NCBI RefSeq assembly: GCF_018977255.1 | Contig: NW_024704743.1 | Location: 30,754,001 to 30,818,000 of the forward strand | DNA length: 64,000 bases | Direction of reading: 5' to 3' | Source: Callorhinchus milii | Lineage: Eukaryota | Part shown: positions 38,680 to 50,970 of the stretch, in pieces | Numbering within the stretch: the first letter of the stretch is position 1 | Layout of the letters: each line of letters starts with the position of its first letter | Program-made: the position numbers and the translations under genes | The notes under the pieces: generated by a model | Told to the model about the DNA's origin: nothing | Databases searched by the model: none | The model's input: the letters and a program-made list of their open reading frames with translations, nothing else

Positions 38680-39160
38680 CTGGAATGGAGTATGCACTCT
38701 CTCCAAGGAGAACCATCCCGCTTACCTATTATGGAATGTATTAGGTACAGGTTGATAGGAGCTAAAGTTGGGGCCAGAGTGTGCCTTGGGGTACTGTTGG
38801 TTTCACCAGCTAAAACTGCACAGCTTGCCTTTGAGAGAACAGACAAGCTTCCCTTGTTTGTCCAGCTACGACTACCTTATCCATTAGGACTTTGGCTTGT
38901 AGTGTTAACAAGAGCTGAGTGTGAAGAATTCCTGTCCACAGTGATTGTCTGCCCTTCACGTCCTTTTGATGAAGCTGGCTGGGCTGTCATCAACAATGCC
39001 CAGGAATATTGCAGACCCATGTGGCTCAGCACAACTCAACATGAAACGTATGAGAACATTGCCAACATTCTGCTGACCACAGCTAAGACACAGGTCTCTA
39101 CCCATTGAGCAATGGGGTCACCAACTGGAAGTGCAGAGCTTGAGCAGCAGCAGCTGCATA
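38680..39160 (-). mobile_element. Family X internal fragment with a deletion
   Basis: Matches about 11085-11450, then about 11696-11800 (cccattgagcaatgg...ggaagtgcagagctt). Confidence 0.82.
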
Positions 39161-39322
39161 GCTCTCTGCAGAAAAAAAAATCAAGGTTGGAGACCAAGCC
39201 CTGGTTACATGAGGAATCAGGAGGCATACATACGTGTGTCCAGTAATACTCTTGTAACCCTGATGTTTTCACACATTTCATAGTTATTAATAATTGTTGC
39301 ATTTGATATAGCGCTTTAAACA

Positions 39323-39910
39323 GGGTCTCATTTGGAGCTGAACTTGCTGCAAGGTGACATGCTTGGCAATGGAGTGTCGGAATTGATGCCCTTCGTGGCA
39401 GTCTCAGTAGTCTGGTTCCTGAGCCCCGCAGGTCCACAGGAATCCTGGTCACTGCTAATGACAGCACAGCCAGCCTGGCTCATCAACAGGACCTGGAAGA
39501 GCAGACCAGTCACTGGGGGTAGGGAGTCATCCCACTCAGTTCCTGTTAACCCAGCAAGCCAAAACTACTCTACCCCTAATGGGTAGAGTAGTTCGAGCAG
39601 TGGGAAAGCTTGCTGGACAGCAATTTCAATGACAAGCTATCCAGTTTTAGCTGGTTAGATACCAGTAGTAACCCAACGCACACTCAGGGGTCCCCAAGCC
39701 TTGGCTCTTGCCAACCTGCGCCTAATACTTTCCAGAATTAGGTACGCAGGGTGCGGCCCTCCAGGAGAGATTGCGCATTCCATTCCATCAATTTTTCTCT
39801 GGAATTTCCACGTGTAGGAGGGATGCATAGAAATCTCAGCTTGGTTTGGATACTCTTAAGCATGGTGATGGGTTTCCGTGTGTCTCAGACACCCGGCTGA
39901 CCAAAAATAA
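39323..39910 (+). mobile_element. Family X copy of about 590 bp inserted into a SINE tail
   Basis: Reverse-complement match to 10971-11545; it ends in cagacacccggctgaccaaaaataaa. Confidence 0.9.
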
Positions 39911-40080
39911 AGCACCTTATCGCGACATTGAGACATCTCAAAGCGCTTCACAGGATGTACTAAAAAGTGGTATGACTGTGTATTTTGTGGATGAATACAT
40001 TAGCCAATATACCCACAACAATGTCCCACAAACAGCCTTAGAATGAGGAACCAATTTTATTTGGGGGATTGTTGGTCAGA
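39911..40080 (-). mobile_element. SINE 3' half; its extreme tail lies at about 39285-39318
   Basis: gagacatctcaaagcgcttcacag...caatgtcccacaaacag; the tail ttgcatttgatatagcgcttta is displaced by the family X insertion. Confidence 0.78.
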
Positions 40081-40667
40081 ATGCTTTGCCTATTAGCTGA
40101 AAAAACAAGGTTTTACTGCATGTTACTGCAACTTTAAAACAACAATTACCAGAAGATCACATGTTCAGTTCCTAGTGTGCGCTAAGATAACAGATTTCAG
40201 CAGTCATGACATTGGAAATGACCTTTGCACCTCTGAGAATGGAGGGATGTGGGGGAGAAAGAGAGAGAGGGGAAGAGGAACAAGCAGGATTCGCACTCTT
40301 AATCTCAATCCAATGACAACTATTTGGGGGTTGGTGGAGGGAGAGAATCACATTTTGAAGTGAGGAGAAATCAGAATCATCTTGAGCTGTGAATTGCATT
40401 CACTTTCACAGCTCACACGTGGAAAAGGTACAAGAGGGCAGTCCATGGAACTGCACTTCAGCAAGATTGAGTGGTCTATCAAAAGGAGAGGGGGTGGGGG
40501 ATGGAAATCAGTGAAAAATGGTGCATCCTACTTTGGGAGAAGGAAAAAATATCCGTTTTTAAAGTAATATTTTCAATATCTGTGTTCTTTGATGGCAACT
40601 CTTCCTATCATTGTGAAGCAGAGTTTGCAATATGGGATTGTTTGCCTTTATGAGCCTACATGGCTCA

Positions 40668-42428
40668 GATTGTAAAAGTTTTTACAGATACATTAAGAGG
40701 AATAGGCTAGTGAGGGTAAATGTAGGTCCACTTCAGTCAGAGACGGGAGAAGTTGCAATGGAGGATAAAGACATGGCAGAGTCCCTAAATGGGTACTTTG
40801 CATCTGTCTTCACCCTGGAAGACGCAACAAGTCTGCCAACAATAGAGATGCACCAAGGGGTTAAGGACAGGGAGCAACTTAGGGAAATTTTCATTAGTAG
40901 AGAATTGGTGCAAGGGAAACTGTTAGCTCTAAAAAGTGACAAATCCCCTGGTCCGGATGGCTTGCATCCCAGGGTTTTAAAAGAGGTAGTTTATGAGATA
41001 GTGGAGGCCTTGTGTCTAATCTTCCAAAATTCCTTGGATTCTGGAACAGTCCCCATGGATTGGAAGATCGCAAATGTCACACCACTATTTAAAAAAGGTG
41101 GAAAGGAAAAGATGGGGAACTATAGGCCAGTTAGTCTCACATCAGTGATAGGAAAAATTTTAGAATCGTTGATTAAGGATGTGGTAGTTTGGTATTTAGG
41201 GGAGCACAATATAATTAGGCCAAGTCAACATGGCTTTACAAAAAGGAAGTCATGTTTGACAAATCTCATAGAGTTTTTTGAGGATATTTTGAGTAAATTA
41301 GATAAGGGTGAATCAGTGGATGTGGTCTATTTGGACTTCCAGAAGGCATTCGATAAGGTGCCGCATAAAAGGTTAGTTCAAAAGATAGGGGCCCATGGAA
41401 TTGGGGGGAGTATATTAACGTGGATTGGGGAATGGTTAATGCGTAGGAAACAAAGAGTAGGGATAAATGGGTCCTTTTCGGATTGGCGGGATGTGACTAG
41501 TGGAGTGCAACAAGGATCAGTCCTTGGGCCTCAGCTATTTACCATCTACATCAACGATCTAGATGAGGACATCGAAGTTAATATATCTAAATCCGCGAAT
41601 GACACAAAACGAGGAGGAAGTGCCAACACAGAGGACAACATTAAAAAAATGCAGCGAGACATAGATAGGTTCGGTGATTGGTCAGGTAGGTGGCAGATGA
41701 AGTATAATGTAGGGAAGTGCGAAGTCACCCACCTAGGTAGCAAAAACAGTAGAGCCGGTTATTTTTTAGAAGGGGAGAGATTAGAATGTGTTAGCGTTCA
41801 GAGGGACTTGGGTGTCCTTGTACACCAATCACAGAAAGTTAGTCTGCAGGTGCAGCAGCAATTAGGAAGGCGAACGGTATGTTAGCATTCAATATGAAAG
41901 GATTAGAGTATAAGAGTAGGGAAGTCTTGCTGCAACTGTATAGGGCCCTGGTGAGACCACACCTGGAATACTGTGTGCAGTTTTGGCCTCCTCATTTAAG
42001 GAAGGATATACTTGCCTTGGAAGGGGTGCAGCGTAGATTTACTAGGTTAGTGCCAGGGATGAAGGGGATGAGTTACGAGGATAGGCTGACCAATTTCGGC
42101 CTATATTCTCTAGAATATAGAAGAATTAGAGGGGATCTTATAGAAACCTATAAGATCATCAAAGGGCATGATAGAGTAGATAGTGGGAGATTGTTTCCCG
42201 TGGTTGGAGAAATTAAAACCAGGGTCACAACCTTAAAATCAGAGGCCAGCCCTTTTGCACTGAGTTGAGGAAGAACTTCTTCACTCAAAGGGTGGTGAAT
42301 GTATGGAACTCACTACCCCAAATGCTGTTGATGCTCAGTCCTTGAACATATTCAAGACTGAGATAGATATATTTCTTATTGCAAAAGGGATTAAGGGATA
42401 TGGGGATAAGGCAGGGATAGGTTATTAG
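40668..42428 (+). pseudogene. CR1 ORF2 reverse transcriptase pseudo-ORF: no endonuclease domain, frameshifts, FADD changed to SAND
   Basis: About 400 aa stay open, but the catalytic motif reads KSANDTK. Frameshifts occur near 41858 and 42222. Confidence 0.93.
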
Positions 42429-42518
42429 CTGGAGTTAGATTAGAAGATCAGCCATGATTGAATGGCGGGGAAGGCTCGAAGGGCCGAATGGCCTACTCCT
42501 GCTCCTACATGTTATGTT
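40668..42518 (+). mobile_element. Young CR1 LINE, 5'-truncated, with a 17-bp target-site duplication
   Basis: ORFs 40632-41885 and 41879-42268 carry CR1 ORF2 motifs ([38 protein letters not shown]). 3' UTR gggccgaatggcctactcctgctcct. TSD tgagc(c/t)tacatggctca at 40651-40667 and 42522-42538. Confidence 0.97.
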
Positions 42519-42615
42519 GCCTGAGCTTACATGGCTCATGCCAGGCAACATTAGTTAGGTTTATACAAGTGGTGGCCAACTTTCATGGTTGGAGGCAATG
42601 CCACTGAGGTGCGCT

Positions 42616-42926
42616 GGACTCCTGTAGCTCAGTGGTTAGAGCACTCGCCTCGCAAGCGAGAGACCTGGGTTTGATTCCCGGCAGGGCGAAACCTTGGGTA
42701 AGTTTCCATTACTCCACACACCTGATAATAAATCCTCAAGAAAAAAAACAATAATAAATTGGGTCACTTCAATCCACGACTGCTTGTGGGACATTGCTGT
42801 GGGCAATTGGCTGCTGTGTTTCACCCACAAATGTACAGTCAATTCACTTTACAGTATATTCTGTGAAGCGCTTTGAGACGTCTCGAAAATGTGAAATGCG
42901 CTATATCAAATGCAAGAATTATTATA
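42616..42926 (+). mobile_element. tRNA(Ala)-derived SINE, full length
   Basis: Head ggactcctgtagctcagtggttagagcactcgcctcgcaagcgagagacctgggtttgattcccggc; L2-like tail gtgaagcgctttgagacgtc...gcgctatatcaaatgcaagaattatta. Confidence 0.95.
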
Positions 42927-44914
42927 TCTACTGATACAATACAATATTACATTTGTAAAGCGCCTTTCACATCGGGAAGACGTAATGCTGCACTTCAGCT
43001 TTAATGCACTATCCGGAGTGGCTAATTGCCATTTGCAGCTCACAGAGCTATGAATATCAAATGCTTTAGAACATCCTCCCAACATGAAAGGTACTGTATA
43101 AATGTAAATTAGTAGTGTATATTTTTAGACCTCAAATTTGAAACCACTCCTTTGCATCACCAGAAATGTGGCATTTGCTGCAATTTAAAACAATAGGAAA
43201 AATATTACACTGAGAACTAATTGTGGGATTTGAGCCAGGCTATTGAATCTTCCCTTCTCTTGAAAAATGGCAGTGTCCTTTCACAAAGAGGCCTAAACAA
43301 AATACTGGAAGAGGAATTACAAATAGCAATTGGAAGAAGATCACCTCTGATCAATCAATGATGTGACATAACATTATAGACGATTATAAACAGAAGCTTA
43401 CAACTACTTACAACTCTTGTTACGAATTCTGTGCTTGAGTCACGAATATTGTATTTATCCAGTTGCAATAAAGTTAAGTATTATTGTGACAGTGCATCAG
43501 TGAAATACATTATGTCCCATTTATACAACTACTATGGCTATGAAAGGTTTGGTTAATGAACTTTTTCTGGGAACTTCACTTGGTAGCGGAAACTAAAGGA
43601 TTGGGAAAAGTGTCCCTCTTGAAAGTAATAGCTGAACTAGTGTATGAATGCCACAAAAAGCACTTTGTACTGCAAACTCTTCTCTTTTTCCGCCTGACAT
43701 GTTGACTTACAAGACCTTGGGTCCAAAGAGAACTCAGGTCAAAGCCCAAGTCTCATAAGTCAGTGTGACTGACTAATGTGTTATCGCAACATAGTGACCT
43801 CACAGTGAATACTTTGCGTCAGGAAACCCAACATCTTGCCTTCACTTGTATTTATTTAGTTTCCTGGAAGCACTAATCTACAAATACTGATTTCCCATTA
43901 AAGTTACACGCTGAAAGTTGCTTATACTTCGCCAATATTTTAAAAAAACACAGCAAAGGCCTAAAGATTGTGTTTGCTCCCAATACATTCAGTTTACAGC
44001 ATTTTGCATCAAACAGACATTCACTTTCAAAATAAAGTATGCTTCCCTCTTAATCTGAAATCTAATACGTATTTACCACACGTTCAAACCAGGCTTTCCC
44101 CAGGTAAAAAAAAACTAGCGTTTTATTTGTTGAACCCTGAAGTAGTTGTAGGAGTGAATATTCTGACAGCAAACCACTTTAACCCTGAAAGTAATCTACT
44201 GCAAGTTACCCTTCTCTATGTAATAATCAGTATTTTTGTGAGGTACTGGGAACAGGTTTGCAATATCCGAAAAGCAGATTTCTTGCAACTTCTGGTTTGA
44301 GAAATTCAGCACCACTGAAATCACAAATCCTCAGTAAGTAAAGTCACAAAAAAGGTAAAAAAACAAAATGCCTGCTGACCTTTTAATTTGGGATGAAAGG
44401 CTCTAACTTTCAGATTCAGCATCTAAAATTCAGAAACAACTTGAAATCCAATCTATTTGCAAATAAGAAAATTTGCAAGTGTCAGTAGACAGATTACACA
44501 TTAACTCAATAGCTTATAAGTACATTGGGCTGGTATCATACCACAATGAGACCCAGTTGACACTGTAGGTGCCAATCATGTTTTCAGTGAACCTTGTATT
44601 ATTTGAGCCCAGACAGACATAGACAAAACTCCACACGTAATCTGAACACTATTTTGGATGTATTGTAATGGAGCATTCGATACAGTACTGTGCAAAAACA
44701 ACAGCAACACTGTAATTACATCCTATTTCAGTCAATAATCACAAATGCAGATTTAAAATCTCATTGTTATTTTTTGTTTGTGCGACAATTGGGCAAGGTT
44801 TAAATTATCATTAACTTTAAGGAGAGTGTTACAGCAGCAAACTCTCTCACAGGGTCATTAAAAAGACATTAAACAGCGAGCCTTCTCAACTTAGGCTATA
44901 TTCAGGATGCTACA

Positions 44915-45135
44915 GTGGTCTCAATACCTCTGGCAGAGAGAGTGTTGCCATTGTTGACTGCTATCTATCTAGCAAACTGTTGGAAGTGGACATGTGTGGG
45001 TATCAAGTTTATCAGCAATTATCCTCAAATGATCAAATAATCTGCTGACAACAGTTCTCAAGGCTCATGTATAAATAACAGCTACTTGGTATGGTACTGG
45101 AGAAGAGCCAGCACCCGAGGAACCATACCCCAAAC
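44915..45135 (+). mobile_element. Decayed body of the third SINE family
   Basis: gactgctatc...ctgttggaagtggacatgtgtggg...aaggctcatg...ggtactggag...gcacccgaggaaccatacccc. Confidence 0.45.
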
Positions 45136-48100
45136 GAACCATACCATAACAGGGGTTGGGGAAGGGACGGGGGAAAGAATAATATGCTTTCAACAGAGAA
45201 TCAAAAATAAAAAAAAGTCATGTAGGAAAATAATCCAAAGTGAAAGTAATCATTTTTTATAACATTCAATAGAAGACGAAAGATTTCATTAAAAAGGAAC
45301 AATACTGGTGTAATTATATAGCTGTATTACTCTGGTACAAATTTATAATCATATTACCACTTTACATCAATTGTAACAAGCATTAGAAATTTAAGCAATT
45401 CACTTTCGTTGACTTCAGTGTGCAGATAATGAAAGGTAGAAAACAGAATGACGTACCTAAAATTCATCCCGATTTCCAGCAATTAAAATTATCCAATTGC
45501 AGTCTTCAGCATTATAGTTCCCATTTCTTGTTTCAGTTTAGCAAAAGCCCAGATCCAACTTGAACAGAACCAATAGGATGTGGTTTTAAACCCCATTTTC
45601 GCCAGTTACTAAGTAATCCATTACTTTCGACGATCAAGAGAAAGTGAAACAAGTGCGCATCTGGTCCCATTTGTAATAGATTCATCCAATAGATCATGGC
45701 CACTTTGAGTGGTATCTCTATGAAGTGTCTTAAAGCCCTACACAGTAGTTATTGTCAAGTGCCACGATGGTTTTGAAGGTCATCACCTAAATTATAGAAA
45801 TCCATTGTCATTGAATGCTTAGATGTCCCATAGATCTTTATCGACTCCACAGTCTGGCCAAACATTAAGGATAGATGGAAAACAATTTGATTCTCCCTAG
45901 GAAAAATAATAATATCAGTCAGCCTGTTAAACATTTTACTTCTTCATTCAACATCAAACAATTGTTTTCAAAACAGATCATCCTCATTCAATTAACTGTC
46001 CTGTGAAATCATTCATCTGTAACCTTCTGTTGGATCACTACATTCACTATTGATGTGCTGGTCATTGAGAGGAGATGAGCTTGCTAAAAAGGGGAGATCA
46101 ATACCTCAATTATTTAAGCCCCTTCTCTTACAAATATCTGAGAGCTATGTGAGTTTTTCCAGATAGTGGAAGGTACAAAATACATTTAAATATATTTTAT
46201 TTTTCAACAAACTTCTCTATTTTGCGCCAGTTACAGAATCTCTTCAGGGACAGTTTCTACCTCATTAATAATGCAACTCTAAACTTATTTTGGATTAATG
46301 GTATTTGATAAACTAAATCAAATGTTACAGCAAAGCAAAATAGCGATTTCTACCAACATTTTGTAAAAGGTTAATTACAATTAACACTGCAATATCTTGA
46401 TCCCTTTATGAACATATACGGAACATCAAAGTGTGGTATATAGGGATGCAAATAAGTCCAGCAGAGTCCTTAAATAAATAAATACACTTCCCATGTAACC
46501 AACAGGGAAACTATGTGCGCAATAATAGCACCTTCCCTTTCACTCTTAAACTCTGGGACACTTATTTCAAGTTTACAGCCCCAACATTGAAAGCTAATCA
46601 GTTGAAGATGCAGAAGGTAACCTTAAAGGCATAGAATGAAAGTGAGTTCAAGCAATATGCAGTCTCAATGTTGTCCTTATGGTAGAAGATAAAATTAGAA
46701 CTTTGTTTTAAATGTGTGGCATCGAGTGATTTGGGAACAACTCACTTTATTTAAAAATGTAAAGAGTTAAACATGTATCTCCTCTCAGACCAAACGATAA
46801 TGGTGAATACAATAGATGAGATCACACATCACTTAACATCACAGCTTTGTCCTCCACAGCGACATGAATCAATTAGGTTTACCTCGTGTTTCTTTCCAAT
46901 TCTTATCCTGCTAAATTATTACCTCAGAAAACTTTTATTTAAAAAGTCAAATGAGCAGCGTCTACGAGGCACAAAGAAAACAGTGTTGGCAATTCAAAAC
47001 TTGCAAAAGTAATTACAAAGTAATGTCTGATAGTAATGAATATATAATGCAGTATCTGAATAGTTGAAATATTTGATAAACCAAACCAAAGTTAAACCAT
47101 CTACTAAACTGTAGCTTTCTAATCTTCGTAAGCTATTACTTGCTATCAATTTAATTGTTTATTGGCCAGCTAAGTTTTAAATATACTTGACATCAGTTGT
47201 TTTGCGTTTCACTGTGCTTCTGAGTTCTGTACAACCATTTCTTAGTTCTAGGTAACCTTTTTATCAGAGCATTTCATCCGGGGGACGGCGTGCACTGAGG
47301 AACAAAGCTTTCAACGTGAAAATATTAACAAAAAAAAACTATTTTATGACCTGAATAATGATAAAGTGCAAGAAAGATGAGAGATTGTACTGGATGAACG
47401 TTGCACCATTCTATGGTCCCCTCTTACGAGGAACTGCTGGATAACAAAAGAACAGGGAGTGGCTGAACTCTGTTTAAATGAATGGAAGTAAAGTAGTTCC
47501 AAATCGTACCCTCACCTCCAACGCCATAAAACAAAAGTTTCTACAACAGTTGCGGGCAATCATTCCTAATAAACTCGCGTTAGTTCCCAAATAAAGAATG
47601 CATCTAAATCTCTGGGTATAACCAGTATCTGATTGAAATGGTTAGTGACCCCCATGGTCTATTGTTTAACTTGCAACAAACTCTACCGTGTACTCCAAAT
47701 AGCAGTCACTAAGCTCATGCAGTTTAAAAACGCTTCGGGAGTAGGGCTAATTTCTCGTTTTATTTGCAACAATTGCATTGAAGAACATAACAGTTAGACT
47801 GATAAATTTATAGAGCTCCTCACCCAGAATCTACTTCCACAAAAGGCAGCTATGGATGGTGTCTATTCTGCCTCCACTAATTCGGCAACACTGGAAAGCA
47901 TCGGGAACTATTTTTATTTTAACGCAAATCTCGATGGTTGATAAACACGTTCTGATACGAGTTGCGATGTGCATTTTTAAGTAAGTTAAAACTCCGGCTC
48001 TCTTTTTTTTCCCCCCCCAGAAAGTCAAATATTCTTCCCCAAACAAGTACCAAACTATTCAGATCGCCCCTTTGTCAGAGAAAGCCACACACGGGGTTGG

Positions 48101-48944
48101 GTGGGGGGGGGGGGTGGACGACAAAGAGAAAGAGGAAGCGATTGCAGACAAAGACTTGACAGTGATGTGCTAAAGGGGAACAGTTACATCTCAAAAGCTT
48201 TAACAAAGAACTTTCACGTTTCGGGCTGTTCTGCTGCAATTTCGATCGACAACAAAAAAAAAACCCTGCAACATCACAGGACTCAAGCACATGCAATAAT
48301 TTATATATATATATACATATATATGTGCGATTCTTATTCAACTGCTAGATTCACCAACTCTACACAAAAGCATCACTTGTCCGGGGCAAGTGCCAACGTG
48401 CGAAACGTCGCCTTTTAAACGAAACCGGATGAAATACATTTTGCTACTGAAAAAATAATGATGACTTTGGGCTCACGACGGGACTGCTTAACACGATTAA
48501 CATTCGTGGCGTGAACTGTTGCACTGCAAAGGGTCTGCCCAACTTTGGAGGCACTAAGTTTGGAACATCAGCAATGATACAGTTGAGGTGGTGGGGAGTG
48601 GGGGAGGGAGGAGAATGGGTTGAGATCCAGATTGATCATTGAGGGACAGGAGTGTTGTGTATTGATGGTATTTATTTCCTTTTATATAACCCCCCCCCCC
48701 CCCGATCGACAGCTCCCGACAACAACAAAAAAAACATTTGCAACAGTTTAAAAGGTTGTGGTCGAATGTCGCTCGATTTTTGGTTTGGGGGTCTCACTTG
48801 ATCCGAACCCATAAGAGGGCTACGAGCAAAAATGTTCCAAGATTTTTTTTTGTGTGTGTGCGTGTGTGTCAACAATTTGTTTTGGAAAGCGCCAACCAAC
48901 ATACAAACAAGTCAGCAAGAGGTGGTGGGGGGGGGGGGGAAGAG

Positions 48945-48968
48945 AGGGAGAGAGAGAGAGAGAGAGAA
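48945..48968. repeat. (GA)n microsatellite
   Basis: Read directly. Confidence 0.9.
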
Positions 48969-49131
48969 ATCTATCCATGATATTTCCTACCATTTCGCAT
49001 CTCTTTGTCTGCAAATAACCAGAACCTTTTTGCATCTGATTTCCCAGCGATTCGAATCCCTCTTCCGAGTTTGCGGCGTCCTTGCAAATAGTTTCTATGA
49101 CTCGTCGAGAGTGTGTAGTCGTCGGCTGTTT

Positions 49132-49136
<5 letters not shown>

Positions 49137-49167
<31 letters not shown>
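49137..49167. repeat. (TG)n microsatellite
   Basis: Read directly. Confidence 0.95.
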
Positions 49168-49170
<3 letters not shown>

Positions 49171-49713
49171 CGAAATGAAGAGCTTGTTTCATTGCAATGA
49201 ATCCCAAACTGAGAACAAAGACGTGCCCAGGCCTTGGGAGTTCAATATCAGCCGCTGCACAAGATCCGCCAGCAGTTCCCTCATTCACTTCCTACCTGTT
49301 GCATAGAGATACTATCCCCCCCCACCACCCCACACACACACACCCATCACCACCACCAACAAACGCACCGTTTCTCAACATTTTCACTCCCATCACATTT
49401 CGCAATACCTGGTTCGAGGCGAAGCAAAAAAAAAAATACACAACAACTTTGCGGATGCAAAGCAGTCCTGTGTGAAAGGGATCACCGCCCTGGGGAAGGG
49501 CGATTCGAGTAACTTTCTCTCTCTCTCTCTCCCCCACCACCATCTCCTACCCCTCCTCCTCCACCACCAGCACCCAGCCACCCACCATCCACCCATCCAT
49601 CCATCCCCCTAGCGCGGGGTTTTAAACCTTTCTCCAGATCGTCACGTAAGGTGAAGCTGTCAAGCATTAAAAACAAACATCAACAACAAAACGAAAACCA
49701 TGGCGAGCGAGCA

Positions 49714-49738
49714 AACACACACACACACACATACACAC

Positions 49739-49772
<34 letters not shown>
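49714..49772. repeat. Compound (CA)n(TA)n(TG)n microsatellite, quasi-palindromic
   Basis: Read directly; it lies immediately downstream of a minus-strand splice donor. Confidence 0.95.
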
Positions 49773-49782
49773 ACAAACTTAC

Positions 49783-50419
49783 CCCCAGAGACATGGGAGT
49801 GCCCATCACCTGCCCCCGGCTCCCAGCCTTGCATTTCGCAGAGTGGTGGTGTGTCTGAGGGTTAATTCGCTCTCTGATCTCTTTCGGGGCTCCTCTGACT
49901 GGAACAAAGGAACTCCTCTGCCAGTGCGCAAAAGCTTTGTGTTTAACTTTGCTGCTGACGCGCTCACGCACTCTCCTCTCACCACCACCACCACCCCAGT
50001 CCAACTTCTCACCACCAGCATCATCATCATCATCATCATCGGCAAAGTCAGAACAGCAACACAAACCCTCCCCATCCAGAGTCCAGCTCGAAACCGACTG
50101 ACTGACCCCCCCCCCCCCCCACACACACACACACCCTCCCCCACATTCACATGTCGCTTGATGACCCGTTTTATTTTTATGTTGAGAAAAGTTGCTGATT
50201 AATTTTTTTTTGACTTGACTTTGACTTGTTGGTTTAATCGGTGGTGGTGCTGTTAAATGCAAGTGTGGATTAAAGTTTGGAGTGCGATACAATTCTGCCT
50301 TTGTTTGCATGTGTGAAGAGTCTCTCTCTCTCTCCCCCCCCAACACACACACCAAATCCAATACTCCCGTCCTAAAGCGAAACGGGACCATGGGAATCGC
50401 CAGAGGTGTATGTTGGACA
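49783..50419 (-). other. Candidate 5' exon of an unidentified minus-strand gene (upstream boundary uncertain)
   Basis: Consensus donor GGG|GTAAGT at 49783/49782. Possible acceptor ttCTAAC...cccctgtcctgctgcccacAG| at 50420/50419. ATGs lie just upstream of the donor (MGTPMSLG in phase 0, or MQGWEPGAGDGHSHVSG in phase 1). Confidence 0.4.
50019..50040. repeat. (CAT)7 trinucleotide repeat next to (ACC)n
   Basis: Read directly. Confidence 0.9.
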
Positions 50420-50759
50420 CTGTGGGCAGCAGGACAGGGGTAGTGGAGTTACAATGTTAGAACAAAGACTTGCTCTTGGCCAGGAGGGGGTCAGAACAGG
50501 GCCACTGAGATAGCAAGAGTAGGGGCGCAGATTCAAAGCAGGCGATGCCAGTAACAAGCTTTCAGCCACAACACAATAGTTTGCAATGGGGTTGGGTGTT
50601 TGGCATCTCTCCAGATTGAGACACACTCCGACCCCCCCACCACCACCACACCCCAAACCACCCACACCAACCAGCAAACTCACGCTGACTGAGAAGCAGA
50701 TGAACACAATGAGATTAACGCAATACAAATTAACTACAGTTTCAACAAAAAAAAACTCG

Positions 50760-50970
50760 GCTTGTTCCCGGATCCAAGGACGTGATGCTTGCTGTATATA
50801 TCAGACGGGGAGTAAGGGGGGTGGGGGGGCGGCTACACGAGTGCATAGTTCCCATTTACAGTGGTGACTTGCAACTGGGGGAACACCATTTCGGTTCCTG
50901 TCAATTTATAGGACTTTCCCAATAACAAAGCGCGCGTGTGTGGGCGGGGGGGGGGGGGGGGGGGGGGGTC
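50760..50970 (-). promoter_or_regulatory. Candidate core promoter, minus strand
   Basis: On the minus strand, GC boxes (about 50942-50950 and 50822-50833) precede a TATA-like gatatataca (about 50793-50802). A donor-like CAGC|GTGAGT follows at 50684/50683. Confidence 0.4.

Noticed and set aside
40632..41885. 417-aa ORF as a functional reverse transcriptase gene
   Set aside because: It is a 5'-truncated CR1: the start codon lies in flanking DNA, there is no endonuclease domain, the catalytic motif is mutated (SAND) and there are downstream frameshifts.
49660..50391. 243-aa ORF as a stand-alone protein
   Set aside because: It runs through (GA)n, (GT)n and poly-G tracts and past a splice donor into a microsatellite, with no recognisable domain. 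Kept only as part of the leader hypothesis.
50910..50920. NF-kB-like site aggactttccc
   Set aside because: One mismatch to the canonical GGGACTTTCC and a single short motif; not enough evidence.
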